This document shows positions 29,446 through 38,960 of a DNA stretch of 64,000 nt, piece by piece. Both the position numbers and the translations under genes were made by a program. This DNA is from Candidatus Woesebacteria bacterium GW2011_GWB1_39_12 (GTDB taxonomy: Bacteria > Patescibacteriota > Microgenomatia > UBA8517), in assembly GCA_000993405.1 (NCBI GenBank), contig LBWB01000007.1, positions 8,383 through 72,382 of the forward strand, written 5' to 3'. The notes below the pieces were generated by a model. That model saw only the letters and a program-made list of their open reading frames with translations, did no database searches and was not told the DNA's origin. Position 1 is the stretch's first letter; every line of letters begins with the position of its first letter.

Positions 29446-30621
29446 ATGGCTAAAAGTAATTTTCAAACTAAATCTTCCTTTATGAGTTTTCTTCTAGTTG
29501 CTTTTCTTCTCGTGGCCTTATTTACAAGTGTTTCTGTTGTAAAACAAAAACAGGATTTGCGAAGCAGGGCCCAAGTTGAATGTTTTGTGTGGCCTATCTT
29601 TGGTCCTGTCTCTCAAAGAGCGGAGTCGCCATCGCTTCAGGATGCTGTGAATTCCCATAATTGTGTGCGTGTGAGAAAGGGAACTTACAATCTTACTGGA
29701 CCTTTAACTTTATGGTCAAATAAAACCTTGAAAGGAGAAAGTAGAGACGAAACTATACTCAAAGCAAGTGGAGCCTGGCCCAATAATGGTTTAGAAGGAG
29801 TTGTACAAATGATTCGCAATGATGTCTCTGGAGTTAACGTCTCAAATTTAACAATTGATGCCAACCAAATTTCCACCCACGCTATAGTTATTCGGGGAGC
29901 TGTTGTGGATAGTGTTAGAGCTAAAAATGGTAAATGTACAGGAATTACAATACCGGGTCCTGCAGCTATAGTTAATAACAGTATTATCGAAAGAAACGGT
30001 AATACTTGTCCTGTGGCACCACCCGGAGCAGGAATTTATGCCGACGGAACCGATGATAAAAGTAAAGTTCCTCCTCAATATGCGCCTCGGATTACCAATA
30101 ATACTATTAGAGACAATTACGGACCGGGAATTGATATTAATACAGTTTGGAATGGCGTTATACAAGACAATACTATAACCAATAATAAAGGATGGGCAGG
30201 AGTTAGTTTGTATTCTTCCAGTTACTGGAACATTAGTGGAAATATAATCAATCAACCCGCAACTAGTGACTATCAGAAATATCACCCACGTTGTGCAGGA
30301 GGACCTAATGGTGCGAAATCTGCCGGGATCTTTCTTTGTGAAGATTATGACCAGAACGAGGGACAACCCAATACTGTAACAATTTATAACACCATAGAAA
30401 ACAATAGGTCAGCAAGTTGGTATGGAATATTATTAATAGGGAATGATGAGCAAACACCTTATCTGGTACCTCGCTTCAATACTATTAAGAATAACAACGT
30501 TTTTGGGTCAACACATGGTTGTGCGGACGATTTCAAGGTGGGTCAATGGATGGATGGAGCCAATACCTGGACGAACAATAATTGTAGCGGTACCTCAAAT
30601 ACTCCACCCTCTTATTATTAG
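29446..30621 (+). CDS. Membrane-anchored right-handed beta-helix (pectin-lyase-like) protein
   Basis: N-terminal TM followed by QDLRSRA; GTY..LKGE..TIL start motif; Asn-ladder repeats. Confidence 0.8.
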   Translation: MAKSNFQTKSSFMSFLLVAFLLVALFTSVSVVKQKQDLRSRAQVECFVWPIFGPVSQRAESPSLQDAVNSHNCVRVRKGTYNLTGPLTLWSNKTLKGESRDETILKASGAWPNNGLEGVVQMIRNDVSGVNVSNLTIDANQISTHAIVIRGAVVDSVRAKNGKCTGITIPGPAAIVNNSIIERNGNTCPVAPPGAGIYADGTDDKSKVPPQYAPRITNNTIRDNYGPGIDINTVWNGVIQDNTITNNKGWAGVSLYSSSYWNISGNIINQPATSDYQKYHPRCAGGPNGAKSAGIFLCEDYDQNEGQPNTVTIYNTIENNRSASWYGILLIGNDEQTPYLVPRFNTIKNNNVFGSTHGCADDFKVGQWMDGANTWTNNNCSGTSNTPPSYY

Positions 30622-30724
30622 TTATCCAATAAACCATATTTATATTGCTACAGAATTCGTTTGTACTTAAAAAAACCGCCTCAGTTATTGACAATTATTC
30701 AGTATGACAATATAACAATAAGCA

Positions 30725-32083
30725 ATGGTTAAAACTCGCTCTCATTTTGTTTGCCAACAGTGCGGTTATGAGTCATCCCGTTGGTTCGGTAAGTGTCCCG
30801 AATGCGGAACTTGGGGAAGTGGAGTGGAAACTGTGGCTTCAGATAAAAGGCAAGAGGTAAAAGGTAAAAGAGGAACAGCCTCAAAACCGGTTTCTTTGAC
30901 CTCAATTCCTTCAAAGGCGACTTCAAGAACTTCAACTAAGATATCGGAATTAGATAGGGTTTTGGGTGGAGGATTGGTTCCCGGCCAGGTTGTCTTAATT
31001 GCGGGGGAACCGGGAATCGGAAAGTCAACAATTTTACTTCAACTTGCGGACAAACTCGGAGACTTCTTGTATGTTTCAGGCGAGGAGTCGGTTAGTCAAA
31101 TAAAAATTAGGGCAGAGAGGTTGGGGATTAAAAGTAAATCGATACAAGTACTGGAAGAGACGGATGTGGATGGAATAGTAGAAGCGGTTGAACAGATGAA
31201 CCAAAGAACAAGTAAACCGAAAAACGATTCAACAGTTCAACGGGTAATCAATTTATCAGGTATTGTTATCGATTCGATTCAGACCATGGCAACTTCTGAT
31301 TTATCCGGCATGGCGGGATCCGTCGGTCAGGTTCGGGAATGTGCGTTTCGTCTGGTTCGGTTGGCAAAATCGCAAAATATTCCAATATTTATGGTCGGTC
31401 ACGTTACTAAACAAGGTTCGGTTGCGGGTCCTGCAGTACTCATGCATATTGTCGACACGGTTTTGTGGTTTGAGGGCGATAAAAGCCTGACTCTCAGGCT
31501 TCTGCGGGCGGTTAAGAATCGTTTTGGTCCTACTGACGAGGTAGGGGTTTTTGAAATGGAAGATAAAGGTTTGATATCGGTTAGTGATCCGGAAAAGCTG
31601 TTTCTGACTCTTGATAAAAAAACTACGCCAGGCAGCGTGCTTACTTCAATTCTCCAGGGCACAAGACCGCTTCTTGTAGAAATTCAAAGTTTGGTTGTTC
31701 CAACTAAAATGGCTTTTCCAAAAAGAATTGCTCAAGGAGTTGATGTAAGACGTTTTGAACTTCTTTTAGCAGTACTTCAGCGCCGCTCAGGTCTTCCGCT
31801 TTATGAATTTGACTGTTTTGTGAATATTGCAGGCGGAATAACCATTAAAAATGATCCTTCGGCTGATTTGGCGATATGCTTATCTGTCGCTTCAGCCTAC
31901 TTTGACAAGACCCTACCCAAGGGTTCGATAGCAATCGGCGAGGTAGGACTATTGGGGGACATACGTGAGGTTATCGCTCAAGAAAAAAGAACCAAAGAAG
32001 CAAAGAGATTAGGATATAGAGTAATGATTACAAATAGAGAAGTTAGATATCTTCAGGAAGCGATTAGAAAATACCTGAAGTAA
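30725..32083 (+). CDS. radA: DNA repair protein RadA/Sms
   Basis: C4 zinc finger, GEPGIGKST, KNRFG motif, Lon-like C-terminus. Confidence 0.96.
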   Translation: MVKTRSHFVCQQCGYESSRWFGKCPECGTWGSGVETVASDKRQEVKGKRGTASKPVSLTSIPSKATSRTSTKISELDRVLGGGLVPGQVVLIAGEPGIGKSTILLQLADKLGDFLYVSGEESVSQIKIRAERLGIKSKSIQVLEETDVDGIVEAVEQMNQRTSKPKNDSTVQRVINLSGIVIDSIQTMATSDLSGMAGSVGQVRECAFRLVRLAKSQNIPIFMVGHVTKQGSVAGPAVLMHIVDTVLWFEGDKSLTLRLLRAVKNRFGPTDEVGVFEMEDKGLISVSDPEKLFLTLDKKTTPGSVLTSILQGTRPLLVEIQSLVVPTKMAFPKRIAQGVDVRRFELLLAVLQRRSGLPLYEFDCFVNIAGGITIKNDPSADLAICLSVASAYFDKTLPKGSIAIGEVGLLGDIREVIAQEKRTKEAKRLGYRVMITNREVRYLQEAIRKYLK

Positions 32084-32135
32084 CTGGTGAACGGATAAAC
32101 GGCTTAACTGATGAACTGGATGAATTGTCGGACCT

Positions 32136-32510
32136 TTATTTTTTAAGATTTTTGGCAGTATTTGCAATCAGATAGTTTATTTCTTTTGGTAGTTGATCTA
32201 ATAAATCCTTAATTTCTACATATTCTTTGTCTGCTACTAGTTTTCTAACTTTGGCTTTCTCTAGCCAGTGAATACTTTCAAAAGCAGAGCCTCTAGCTTG
32301 GTAAAAGAATTTCATCTTATCTTTTTTGAAATATCGACCTTCACCCTCAATTATATTTGCGGCAATTGAATCTATAGATCTTACAAACTGTTCACCAAAG
32401 GTCTTTTGTGCTAAAAAGCTCCATTTTATTACTATAAACCAAACCTTATCCGATAAAAATGAAGCTAATTTGTAAGCAGTAATTTTATCTGGGGTGATCG
32501 TTATTTTCAG
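32136..32510 (-). CDS. Four-helix-bundle protein (23S rRNA intervening-sequence protein family) without a canonical start; absent from the ORF track
   Basis: Own translation ...AYKLASFLSDKVW...FGEQFVRSIDSIAANIIEGEGRYFKKDKMKFFYQARGSAFESIHWLEKAKVRKL...; only CTG/ATA/ATC candidates after an in-frame TGA. Confidence 0.8.
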   Translation of the reverse strand: MKITITPDKITAYKLASFLSDKVWFIVIKWSFLAQKTFGEQFVRSIDSIAANIIEGEGRYFKKDKMKFFYQARGSAFESIHWLEKAKVRKLVADKEYVEIKDLLDQLPKEINYLIANTAKNLKK

Positions 32511-32700
32511 TTTATCAGTTATCTGTTCAGCAGTTCAACAGTTATTCCCAACTTATCCACAAACTTTTTTCCTACCAAATAACTGGCGAAAGTTAGATTC
32601 GGAAATTTTTAGACTTAAACTATGGGAGGATATACTATATATAGTAGTTAGATTATAGGGTTTGACAGAGTTGACAGATGGTGTTAGACTAAATTTGTTT

Positions 32701-32794
32701 AAAAATCGCATGTTTTATTGCTCCCTTGCGGGACGGGTGGTGTGTAGGGCAGGCATACTACCCGTTCCTTGAGGGTTCAATCCATGCGATTTTT
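32701..32794. ncRNA. Candidate structured RNA: long irregular hairpin with central bulge
   Basis: AAAAATCGCATG/CATGCGATTTTT closing stem, inner CCCT/AGGG and ACGGGT/ACCCGT stems; family not identified. Confidence 0.4.
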
Positions 32795-33240
32795 TTATGG
32801 GAAGACTTCTCGGGTGGCCCCGCACAGCTCTTATTTCTCGCCACGAACTACGTTTGTGCTCTCGAATTGCGAGTGTGCGGGGTAAATGTGTAGGCGAAGT
32901 CCCGCACAATCCTGTAAGGATCTGTGCGGGAGCAGGCATACTACCCGTTCCTTCAGGCTAGAAAAAGCTCGGCTCTTTTTTTATCGCACAAAAAAACCGA
33001 GTCTAACTCGGCTCCACTTGTCTCTAGGCCCTCCTAATTTTAGCACTCGGCTTTTCAATACTATTCGTATACGCCTCGTGCTGCAATTTTAGAAGGGCAG
33101 AGCAGGCAATAGACAAGTATTATCACTATCAGACTATTATCTTAGTTAAGTGTTTGTCAAGTGCCTCTTGTCGCCGAAAGTTTAATTTCTCATTCCTTGA
33201 AAATCCTATAAGAGGTTAAAATAAGCTTGTGTACGGAAAC

Positions 33241-33269
33241 TTGACATGCTTATAACTCTCACATATAAT
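33241..33269 (+). promoter_or_regulatory. Consensus sigma70 promoter for the LPxTG protein-sortase pair
   Basis: TTGACA-17 nt-TATAAT. Confidence 0.8.
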
Positions 33270-33295
33270 TGGCTTCGAACTGCTCCCAAGTGTGA

Positions 33296-34192
33296 ATGAA
33301 AAATAAGTTTTTCAAACAAGGTGTGATTACTGCTCTTCTTTTGCTCACTTCAGTTTTTTTGGGAAGAATTTTCGGTTACGAAGCTTTTGCCGAAAGTTCA
33401 GTAACTCCGCCAAGCTTTCCGACATGTTCAGAGAAGATATTTGTTGCTGATGGTGATTGGGCTCATTATGATTCCGGGATCCATGGGATCCCTGGGGTAG
33501 GTAACTTCGAAGGAAGCGATGATGTTTATTCGTTGGGTTCTGGAAACTTTTTACAGTGTTTTTGTCCGGCCGGCGGGGGAGAGGGAACTCAAACTAACTG
33601 GTGGGATGTAGAGAATCTTAATCAAGAAGATATTAATTCATTCTTATCACAGAGTTGGTTTTTTGAATCAAGTGGTGATGGATGGAATTTATTAGACGAT
33701 CCATACCTAGTTAAGAATTCAAACTTTAGTTGTGCAGTACCTACCCCGACACCTCCGCCTTCAGGTGGTGGGGGTGGTGGTTCGCCTGGAGCACCTGTTT
33801 GTAATGCACCCGCAGTTACAAAAGCACCTCTTTATTCGAGTGCGAATTTATCAAGAATCGATAGCGATAGTATTAAAATAAGCTGGATAGTAACAGATGA
33901 TCGTGCTCAAAGGTACGGTATTTACTATGGTACGAATTCGGATAAACTTTCTTGGTATACCGAAGTTAAAGGACACGATACAAATGAGGCAATAATTAAT
34001 TTAGTACCCCAGGGTAATATATTTTTTAAGGTTTGTAGTATTGGAGAATGTGGAGATCAGGTGTGTGGGAGTGATATTCCTACAGTTCTGGGGGTGGCCA
34101 AAGGATTACCAGCTACAGGAACCATTGCACTTACTATTTTAGTCTTTGCACCAATTGGATATTATTTATATAGGCGCTTCAGGTTAGTATAA
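33296..34192 (+). CDS. Secreted Cys-containing surface protein with FN3-like domain and LPxTG sorting signal
   Basis: Signal peptide ending AFA, Pro/Gly linker, LPATG + hydrophobic helix + RRFR tail. Confidence 0.8.
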   Translation: MKNKFFKQGVITALLLLTSVFLGRIFGYEAFAESSVTPPSFPTCSEKIFVADGDWAHYDSGIHGIPGVGNFEGSDDVYSLGSGNFLQCFCPAGGGEGTQTNWWDVENLNQEDINSFLSQSWFFESSGDGWNLLDDPYLVKNSNFSCAVPTPTPPPSGGGGGGSPGAPVCNAPAVTKAPLYSSANLSRIDSDSIKISWIVTDDRAQRYGIYYGTNSDKLSWYTEVKGHDTNEAIINLVPQGNIFFKVCSIGECGDQVCGSDIPTVLGVAKGLPATGTIALTILVFAPIGYYLYRRFRLV

Positions 34193-34268
34193 AGATATTA
34201 GGATATTAGGAAAAGTTTTGCTAATTACTTAATATCTTAATATCATAATCACTTGATATCCTCAAAAT

Positions 34269-35009
34269 ATGCACCCTAAAGGAATAATTTATCAAAACGG
34301 ACGTTCAGGTACACATGGTGAAATAATTCTGTTTTTACCTGTCATTGCCCGTTTGGTCTTTCATTTCATTCGTGGCTTAGGAGCGGGTCTGATTGCCTTT
34401 TCTTTTTTAACCTTTGCTTTTTCATTCGGACCGGTTATTCAGCAGGAGATATCATACAATCTTGAAAAAACCGGTCTGAAGACGCAGGAGGAGTCAGTTA
34501 ATGAAGGTTTTTCTTTAAGTATTGCAGAAGCGGATAGAATTCTGGCGGTACAGAAAGAAGCGCAAAGCTATGAAGTTAATTCCTATTTTTCCGTTGTTAT
34601 TCCCACAATTGATGCTAAAGCTAATGTAATTGCAAATGTAGATGTGTCAAATAAATCGGATTATCTTGAGGCGTTAAAGAAGGGGATCGCTCATGCGAAA
34701 GGCACTTACTTTCCGGGACAGGGCGGAAGAATATTTCTTTTTTCCCATTCAACGGATTCTCCTTTAAACTTTGCCCGCTACAATGCAATTTTTTATCTTT
34801 TAAAGAAACTTGAAAAAGGTGACACAATTATTGTCTTTTTTGCAGACAAAAAATATGAATACGAGATTGTCGACAAAATCATTGCTGATGCCGGTGATAC
34901 GTCTTGGCTAATGCCCAAGAAAGAGGGAGAGGAATTGATACTCATGACCTGTGATCCGCCGGGTACTACATGGAACAGACTTTTGGTTGTCGCGAAGCCA
35001 AAGGCATGA
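34269..35009 (+). CDS. Sortase
   Basis: FSHS histidine, LMTC catalytic motif, downstream R in WNRLLV. Confidence 0.92.
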   Translation: MHPKGIIYQNGRSGTHGEIILFLPVIARLVFHFIRGLGAGLIAFSFLTFAFSFGPVIQQEISYNLEKTGLKTQEESVNEGFSLSIAEADRILAVQKEAQSYEVNSYFSVVIPTIDAKANVIANVDVSNKSDYLEALKKGIAHAKGTYFPGQGGRIFLFSHSTDSPLNFARYNAIFYLLKKLEKGDTIIVFFADKKYEYEIVDKIIADAGDTSWLMPKKEGEELILMTCDPPGTTWNRLLVVAKPKA

Positions 35010-35171
35010 CTCTAATCAATAGTTGACAAGTCGGGGAACTTAGGAATACAATACAGTTGTTCCTCGGAAAATATTCACTTCCGCGATTATTCAAATGGAC
35101 TTTTAAGCGTTTGATTTAATATTTACTTTTGTGAGAAAACTTATTAATTGGCTTTCGAAACTTAAGCTATT

Positions 35172-36485
35172 ATGCCTATAAAGAAGAAAGATAAAGATCC
35201 CGGTTTAGATTTACCTCAGAAGGAAACTATTTCGGCAGCAACGTTTACCCAACCACCAGCTTTTACCAGAGAACCTCAAAGATCTTTGGTTGTTGACGAC
35301 CGAGTACTTCCTGATTCAGGTTTACCTACCGAATTTGTTGAGGGAGTTTTGGATATTGCCCAAGAAGGATCGGGTCTTTTACGTCCCAATTTTCATCCCT
35401 CTGATCATGATATTTATATTTCCGCAAGCCAAATAAGAAGATTTAATTTAAGAATTGGAGATGTTATTGGAGGTCAGGCCAGGCACCCCAAAGAAAACGA
35501 GCGCTACTGGGGACTTTTGAAAGTGGAGAATGTAAACGGAGATCCTGCTGAAGAGCTTTTTCAAAGGCCATCTTTTGACGATTTGCTTGCAGTATATCCT
35601 AATGAACATATCGTTCTCTCTACAGAGAAGGAAGTATTGACCACACGAATAATTGATCTTATTGCACCAATTGGATTTGGACAAAGGGGTTTAATTGTTT
35701 CTCCGCCAAAAGCAGGTAAAACCTGGCTAATCAAAGATATTATTGCCGGAATTGCCAAGAATTATATAGTAGGTAAGAAACAAGGGGCGAAAGCTAAAAG
35801 GAAAACAGAGGTACATTTAATGGCCGTACTTATTGGAGAACGTCCGGAAGAAGTAACCGACATAGTAAGACACATGAAGGAAGTTACTGGCGGTCAAGGC
35901 GAGGTTGCTGCTAGTAATTTTGACGAACAAGCAGACGCACAAACTGCTGTGGGAGAACTTGCTCTCGAGAGGGCTAAAAGACTGGTCGAGAAAGGATATG
36001 ATGTTGTTATTGTTCTTGACTCCATAACCAGAATGGCGCGGGCTTATAACTTAGCTCTTCCAACCTCGGGTAGGACTCTATCTGGTGGTTTTGACCCTGC
36101 CGCGCTTTTTCCTGCTAAGAAATTTTTTGGCGCAGCGAGAAAAATTGAGGATAACGGTTCTCTAACAATTATTGGTACGTGCCTTGTTGATACAGGATCC
36201 CGAATGGATGATCTCATCTATGAAGAGTTTAAAGGTACCGGTAATATGGAATTGCATTTGGACAGAAGACTTGCCGATAAAAGGATTTTCCCGGCAATTA
36301 ATGTCACAAGAAGCGGTACAAGACAAGAAGAACTTCTCTACGGCAAAGATGCTTTGCAGCAAATTTATACTTTAAGACGAATGCTTGATATGGTTTCTGA
36401 AGATGAAAGAACAGAGACGCTTCTGGAAAGGCTTAAAAAGTCTGAATCAAATGCGGACTTTTTAGAAAGCCTCAAAACTGCTTAG
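35172..36485 (+). CDS. rho: Transcription termination factor Rho
   Basis: GQRGLIVSPPKAGKT, LDSITRMARAYN, EEFKGTGNMELHL. Confidence 0.97.
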   Translation: MPIKKKDKDPGLDLPQKETISAATFTQPPAFTREPQRSLVVDDRVLPDSGLPTEFVEGVLDIAQEGSGLLRPNFHPSDHDIYISASQIRRFNLRIGDVIGGQARHPKENERYWGLLKVENVNGDPAEELFQRPSFDDLLAVYPNEHIVLSTEKEVLTTRIIDLIAPIGFGQRGLIVSPPKAGKTWLIKDIIAGIAKNYIVGKKQGAKAKRKTEVHLMAVLIGERPEEVTDIVRHMKEVTGGQGEVAASNFDEQADAQTAVGELALERAKRLVEKGYDVVIVLDSITRMARAYNLALPTSGRTLSGGFDPAALFPAKKFFGAARKIEDNGSLTIIGTCLVDTGSRMDDLIYEEFKGTGNMELHLDRRLADKRIFPAINVTRSGTRQEELLYGKDALQQIYTLRRMLDMVSEDERTETLLERLKKSESNADFLESLKTA

Positions 36486-36545
36486 TCTCAGGTACCTTCC
36501 ATTATAGTAATTGGGTACAAAAAGTTCACTTCGCCATTATTTGAC

Positions 36546-36681
36546 CCCGCACGAAGTTAGCATGAATATGCTCCCAAATTTTTATTCAACTTTAATTAAT
36601 GCTTGATTAAATATTTCGAGTCTGACTTCACTTAAACTCAAACTCGGATATTTAAAAATTAGATGCCCATTTGGTGCTGGG
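36546..36681. mobile_element. Short non-coding insertion with CCCGCAC...GTGCTGGG ends and TTGAC direct repeats
   Basis: TTGAC at 36541-36545 and 36682-36686 flank imperfect terminal inverted repeats. Confidence 0.55.
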
Positions 36682-37947
36682 TTGACCCACAACTCTTCAT
36701 GTGTTATCTTCTTGAGTGTCACTCAATTTTTGGCTATGTTGAAACTACCCTTCAAATTGAAAGTGCGTAAGGCTTTGAAAGAAAAGGAACCATACTCAAA
36801 CGGCCTCTCTGATTCTCAGGCTAAAGAGTACAGAATTCTGACCTTTTTTGAGGACGTATTACCCAGATTAAACGAAATCTTCTCTGAATTTAAGAATTTT
36901 GCCTTCGAACTTACGAATTATCTTGCAAGAATTCTTCACCTGTCTTTTTTAAGGTTTGAAATGGGCAAGAGTTTATTTGCTGCTATTTTGTACCGACAGC
37001 GGGGTAAGTATGCTAAAAGATTTGTTCACTCGGGAATGGCAGGCCTCGCTGCTTTGGGAGTAATGATTGCACCAGTTATTGCAAAGGAATTTCCGGGGAG
37101 AACTTTGGATCCGTGGGATATTCCGTCTCCATCATCGGTACTTTCGGCATCTGTTGAGGAAACAGGGATCTCAACAGATATATCTTCAAAACCCAGAGAT
37201 AAAATTATTGAATACGAAGTGCAAGAAGGAGATACTGTTTCGGGGGTTGCCGATAAGTTTGCTGTCTCGCAGGATACGATTCTTTGGCAAAATGATTTAT
37301 CAGCGAGAGACCGAATAAAACCGGGTCAGACTTTGGAAATCTTGCCGGTATCGGGAATTTCACATAAGGTCGCTAAAGGCGACACAGTATATTCCATTGC
37401 CAAAAAGTATGATTCTTCACCTCAGGCAGTTGTGGACTTTCCTTTTAATACATTTGTTAACGATGAAACCTTTGAACTCGCAATAGGTCAATCGATAATT
37501 GTTCCGGACGGTATTAAGCCGGAGGAGAGACCTACTGCACCTCGTACCAGGAGAATTACTCCGGATGCAGGTACCGTTGTTGCATCAGGCGCTTTTGTCT
37601 GGCCTGCTAGCGGAACAATTTCACAAAACTTTGTTTGGTATCACAAGGGGATTGATATCGCAAATCGAGCCGCTCCGGATATACTGGCTGCGGATGCCGG
37701 AACTGTTATAACTGCCGGGTGGCCGGATAATTATGGGTACGGTAATAGGGTAGTAATAGATCACGGTAACGGCTATAGAACTCTATACGGTCATCTATCA
37801 AGAATATATGTTACTCCCGGGCAAACTGTGGTAAGAGGCGCAGCGGTTGGTAAAATGGGGTCAACTGGTCGTTCTACAGGCATTCACCTTCATTTTGAAG
37901 TTACCAAGGAAGGTGCATATCTAAACCCGCTCAGCGTGCTACGTTAA
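36682..37947 (+). CDS. LysM x2 + M23 metallopeptidase
   Basis: Two LysM repeats, HKGID, YGHL and HLHFE; the TTG at 36682 is probably a -35 box, so the true start is downstream. Confidence 0.9.
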   Translation: MTHNSSCVIFLSVTQFLAMLKLPFKLKVRKALKEKEPYSNGLSDSQAKEYRILTFFEDVLPRLNEIFSEFKNFAFELTNYLARILHLSFLRFEMGKSLFAAILYRQRGKYAKRFVHSGMAGLAALGVMIAPVIAKEFPGRTLDPWDIPSPSSVLSASVEETGISTDISSKPRDKIIEYEVQEGDTVSGVADKFAVSQDTILWQNDLSARDRIKPGQTLEILPVSGISHKVAKGDTVYSIAKKYDSSPQAVVDFPFNTFVNDETFELAIGQSIIVPDGIKPEERPTAPRTRRITPDAGTVVASGAFVWPASGTISQNFVWYHKGIDIANRAAPDILAADAGTVITAGWPDNYGYGNRVVIDHGNGYRTLYGHLSRIYVTPGQTVVRGAAVGKMGSTGRSTGIHLHFEVTKEGAYLNPLSVLR

Positions 37948-38108
37948 TTTTCAATATCAATTTTTTAATTTTAATTCAATTGATAATTATTTAATTAGTT
38001 AATTCATTGAAAATTAGTAATTAAAAATTTAAAATTAAGATGTTTTAGGGCCGTTAGTATAGTCCCGCCAGAGGCGGGCAGGGGTAATGTAAACCCTTAC
38101 GAATATTC

Positions 38109-38179
38109 GGGCCGATAGGTAAACGGTATACCGTACCCTTCGCATGGGTAAGTTCTGGGTTCAATTCCCAGCCGGTCCA
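38109..38179 (+). tRNA. tRNA-Ala(CGC)
   Basis: G3:U70 pair, TACCC-TTCGCAT-GGGTA, GGTTCAATTCC. Confidence 0.85.
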
Positions 38180-38239
38180 CAAAACAGTTTCGTCCAGAGG
38201 ACGATCAATCTTTGGCTGGCGATTCTGCACGGTCCACTT

Positions 38240-38842
38240 TTAGGGAATGGGCGAGATGATTTTGGGTGGAGAGAAGACAATAATTAGAAGAGTAATCAAG
38301 GCGATAAGAGCAATAGTTATAGAAATTGTGACAAGTCCAAATCTTTCATTCGATAGAAGAAAAATTGGTTTTTTAGTTACCTCAGGATTTGTCGATGGTT
38401 CAAGAATTGACGGGTGAGAGAGGGGTGGTGTTGAAATAGAGTCAATATTTGTTGAAAGAGTAAGGAGCTTATCATATTTAGAAGGTCTTTGAACTGTAAA
38501 ATAACGGGGCACTATCAGTTTAGACTTTTCTTCCAGGGGTCGATCGATCTCCGACTTAATCTGATCCGTAACTGTGGCCGTGTCTGCTATTTCTATTTTT
38601 GTAGTTTTTTCATCCGACTTACTTTTAAGATCTACTTTTGCTAATTCATCTCTTTCATATTTACTCCCAAAAAGATTGTCCAGATCTTCCTTCTTAAAAT
38701 ATCTATGACCTCCCGGGGATCTATATACTTCAACTTTTTCTCTTTTTTCCCAACGACGTAACGTGTCTATGGAAATTCCTAGATAGTTTGAAGCCTCTCC
38801 AATACTAAGTAATTTTTTTGCTAAATCTGCCCTTACTTTCAT
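38240..38842 (-). CDS. MerR/excisionase-type HTH protein with C-terminal membrane anchor
   Basis: LSIGEASNYLGISIDTLRRWEK...RSPGGHRYF; hydrophobic tail. Confidence 0.8.
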   Translation of the reverse strand: MKVRADLAKKLLSIGEASNYLGISIDTLRRWEKREKVEVYRSPGGHRYFKKEDLDNLFGSKYERDELAKVDLKSKSDEKTTKIEIADTATVTDQIKSEIDRPLEEKSKLIVPRYFTVQRPSKYDKLLTLSTNIDSISTPPLSHPSILEPSTNPEVTKKPIFLLSNERFGLVTISITIALIALITLLIIVFSPPKIISPIP

Positions 38843-38960
38843 TTGAGGGTATTGTTTAGAATTTGCATAGATTTGTCAAGTGTTTAAGTGATAAGTCAAT
38901 ATTCCAAATAGCGGGAAGATATCACTTAATGACTGGAGGATTATTCAATCTGTCAAGAAA

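Noticed and set aside
32136-32510. Diversity-generating retroelement suggested by the Avd-like fold
   Set aside because: No reverse transcriptase and no TR/VR pair differing at adenines seen
32701-32794. SRP RNA
   Set aside because: Lacks the conserved helix 8 GNRA loop with the CAGG/AGCA internal loop
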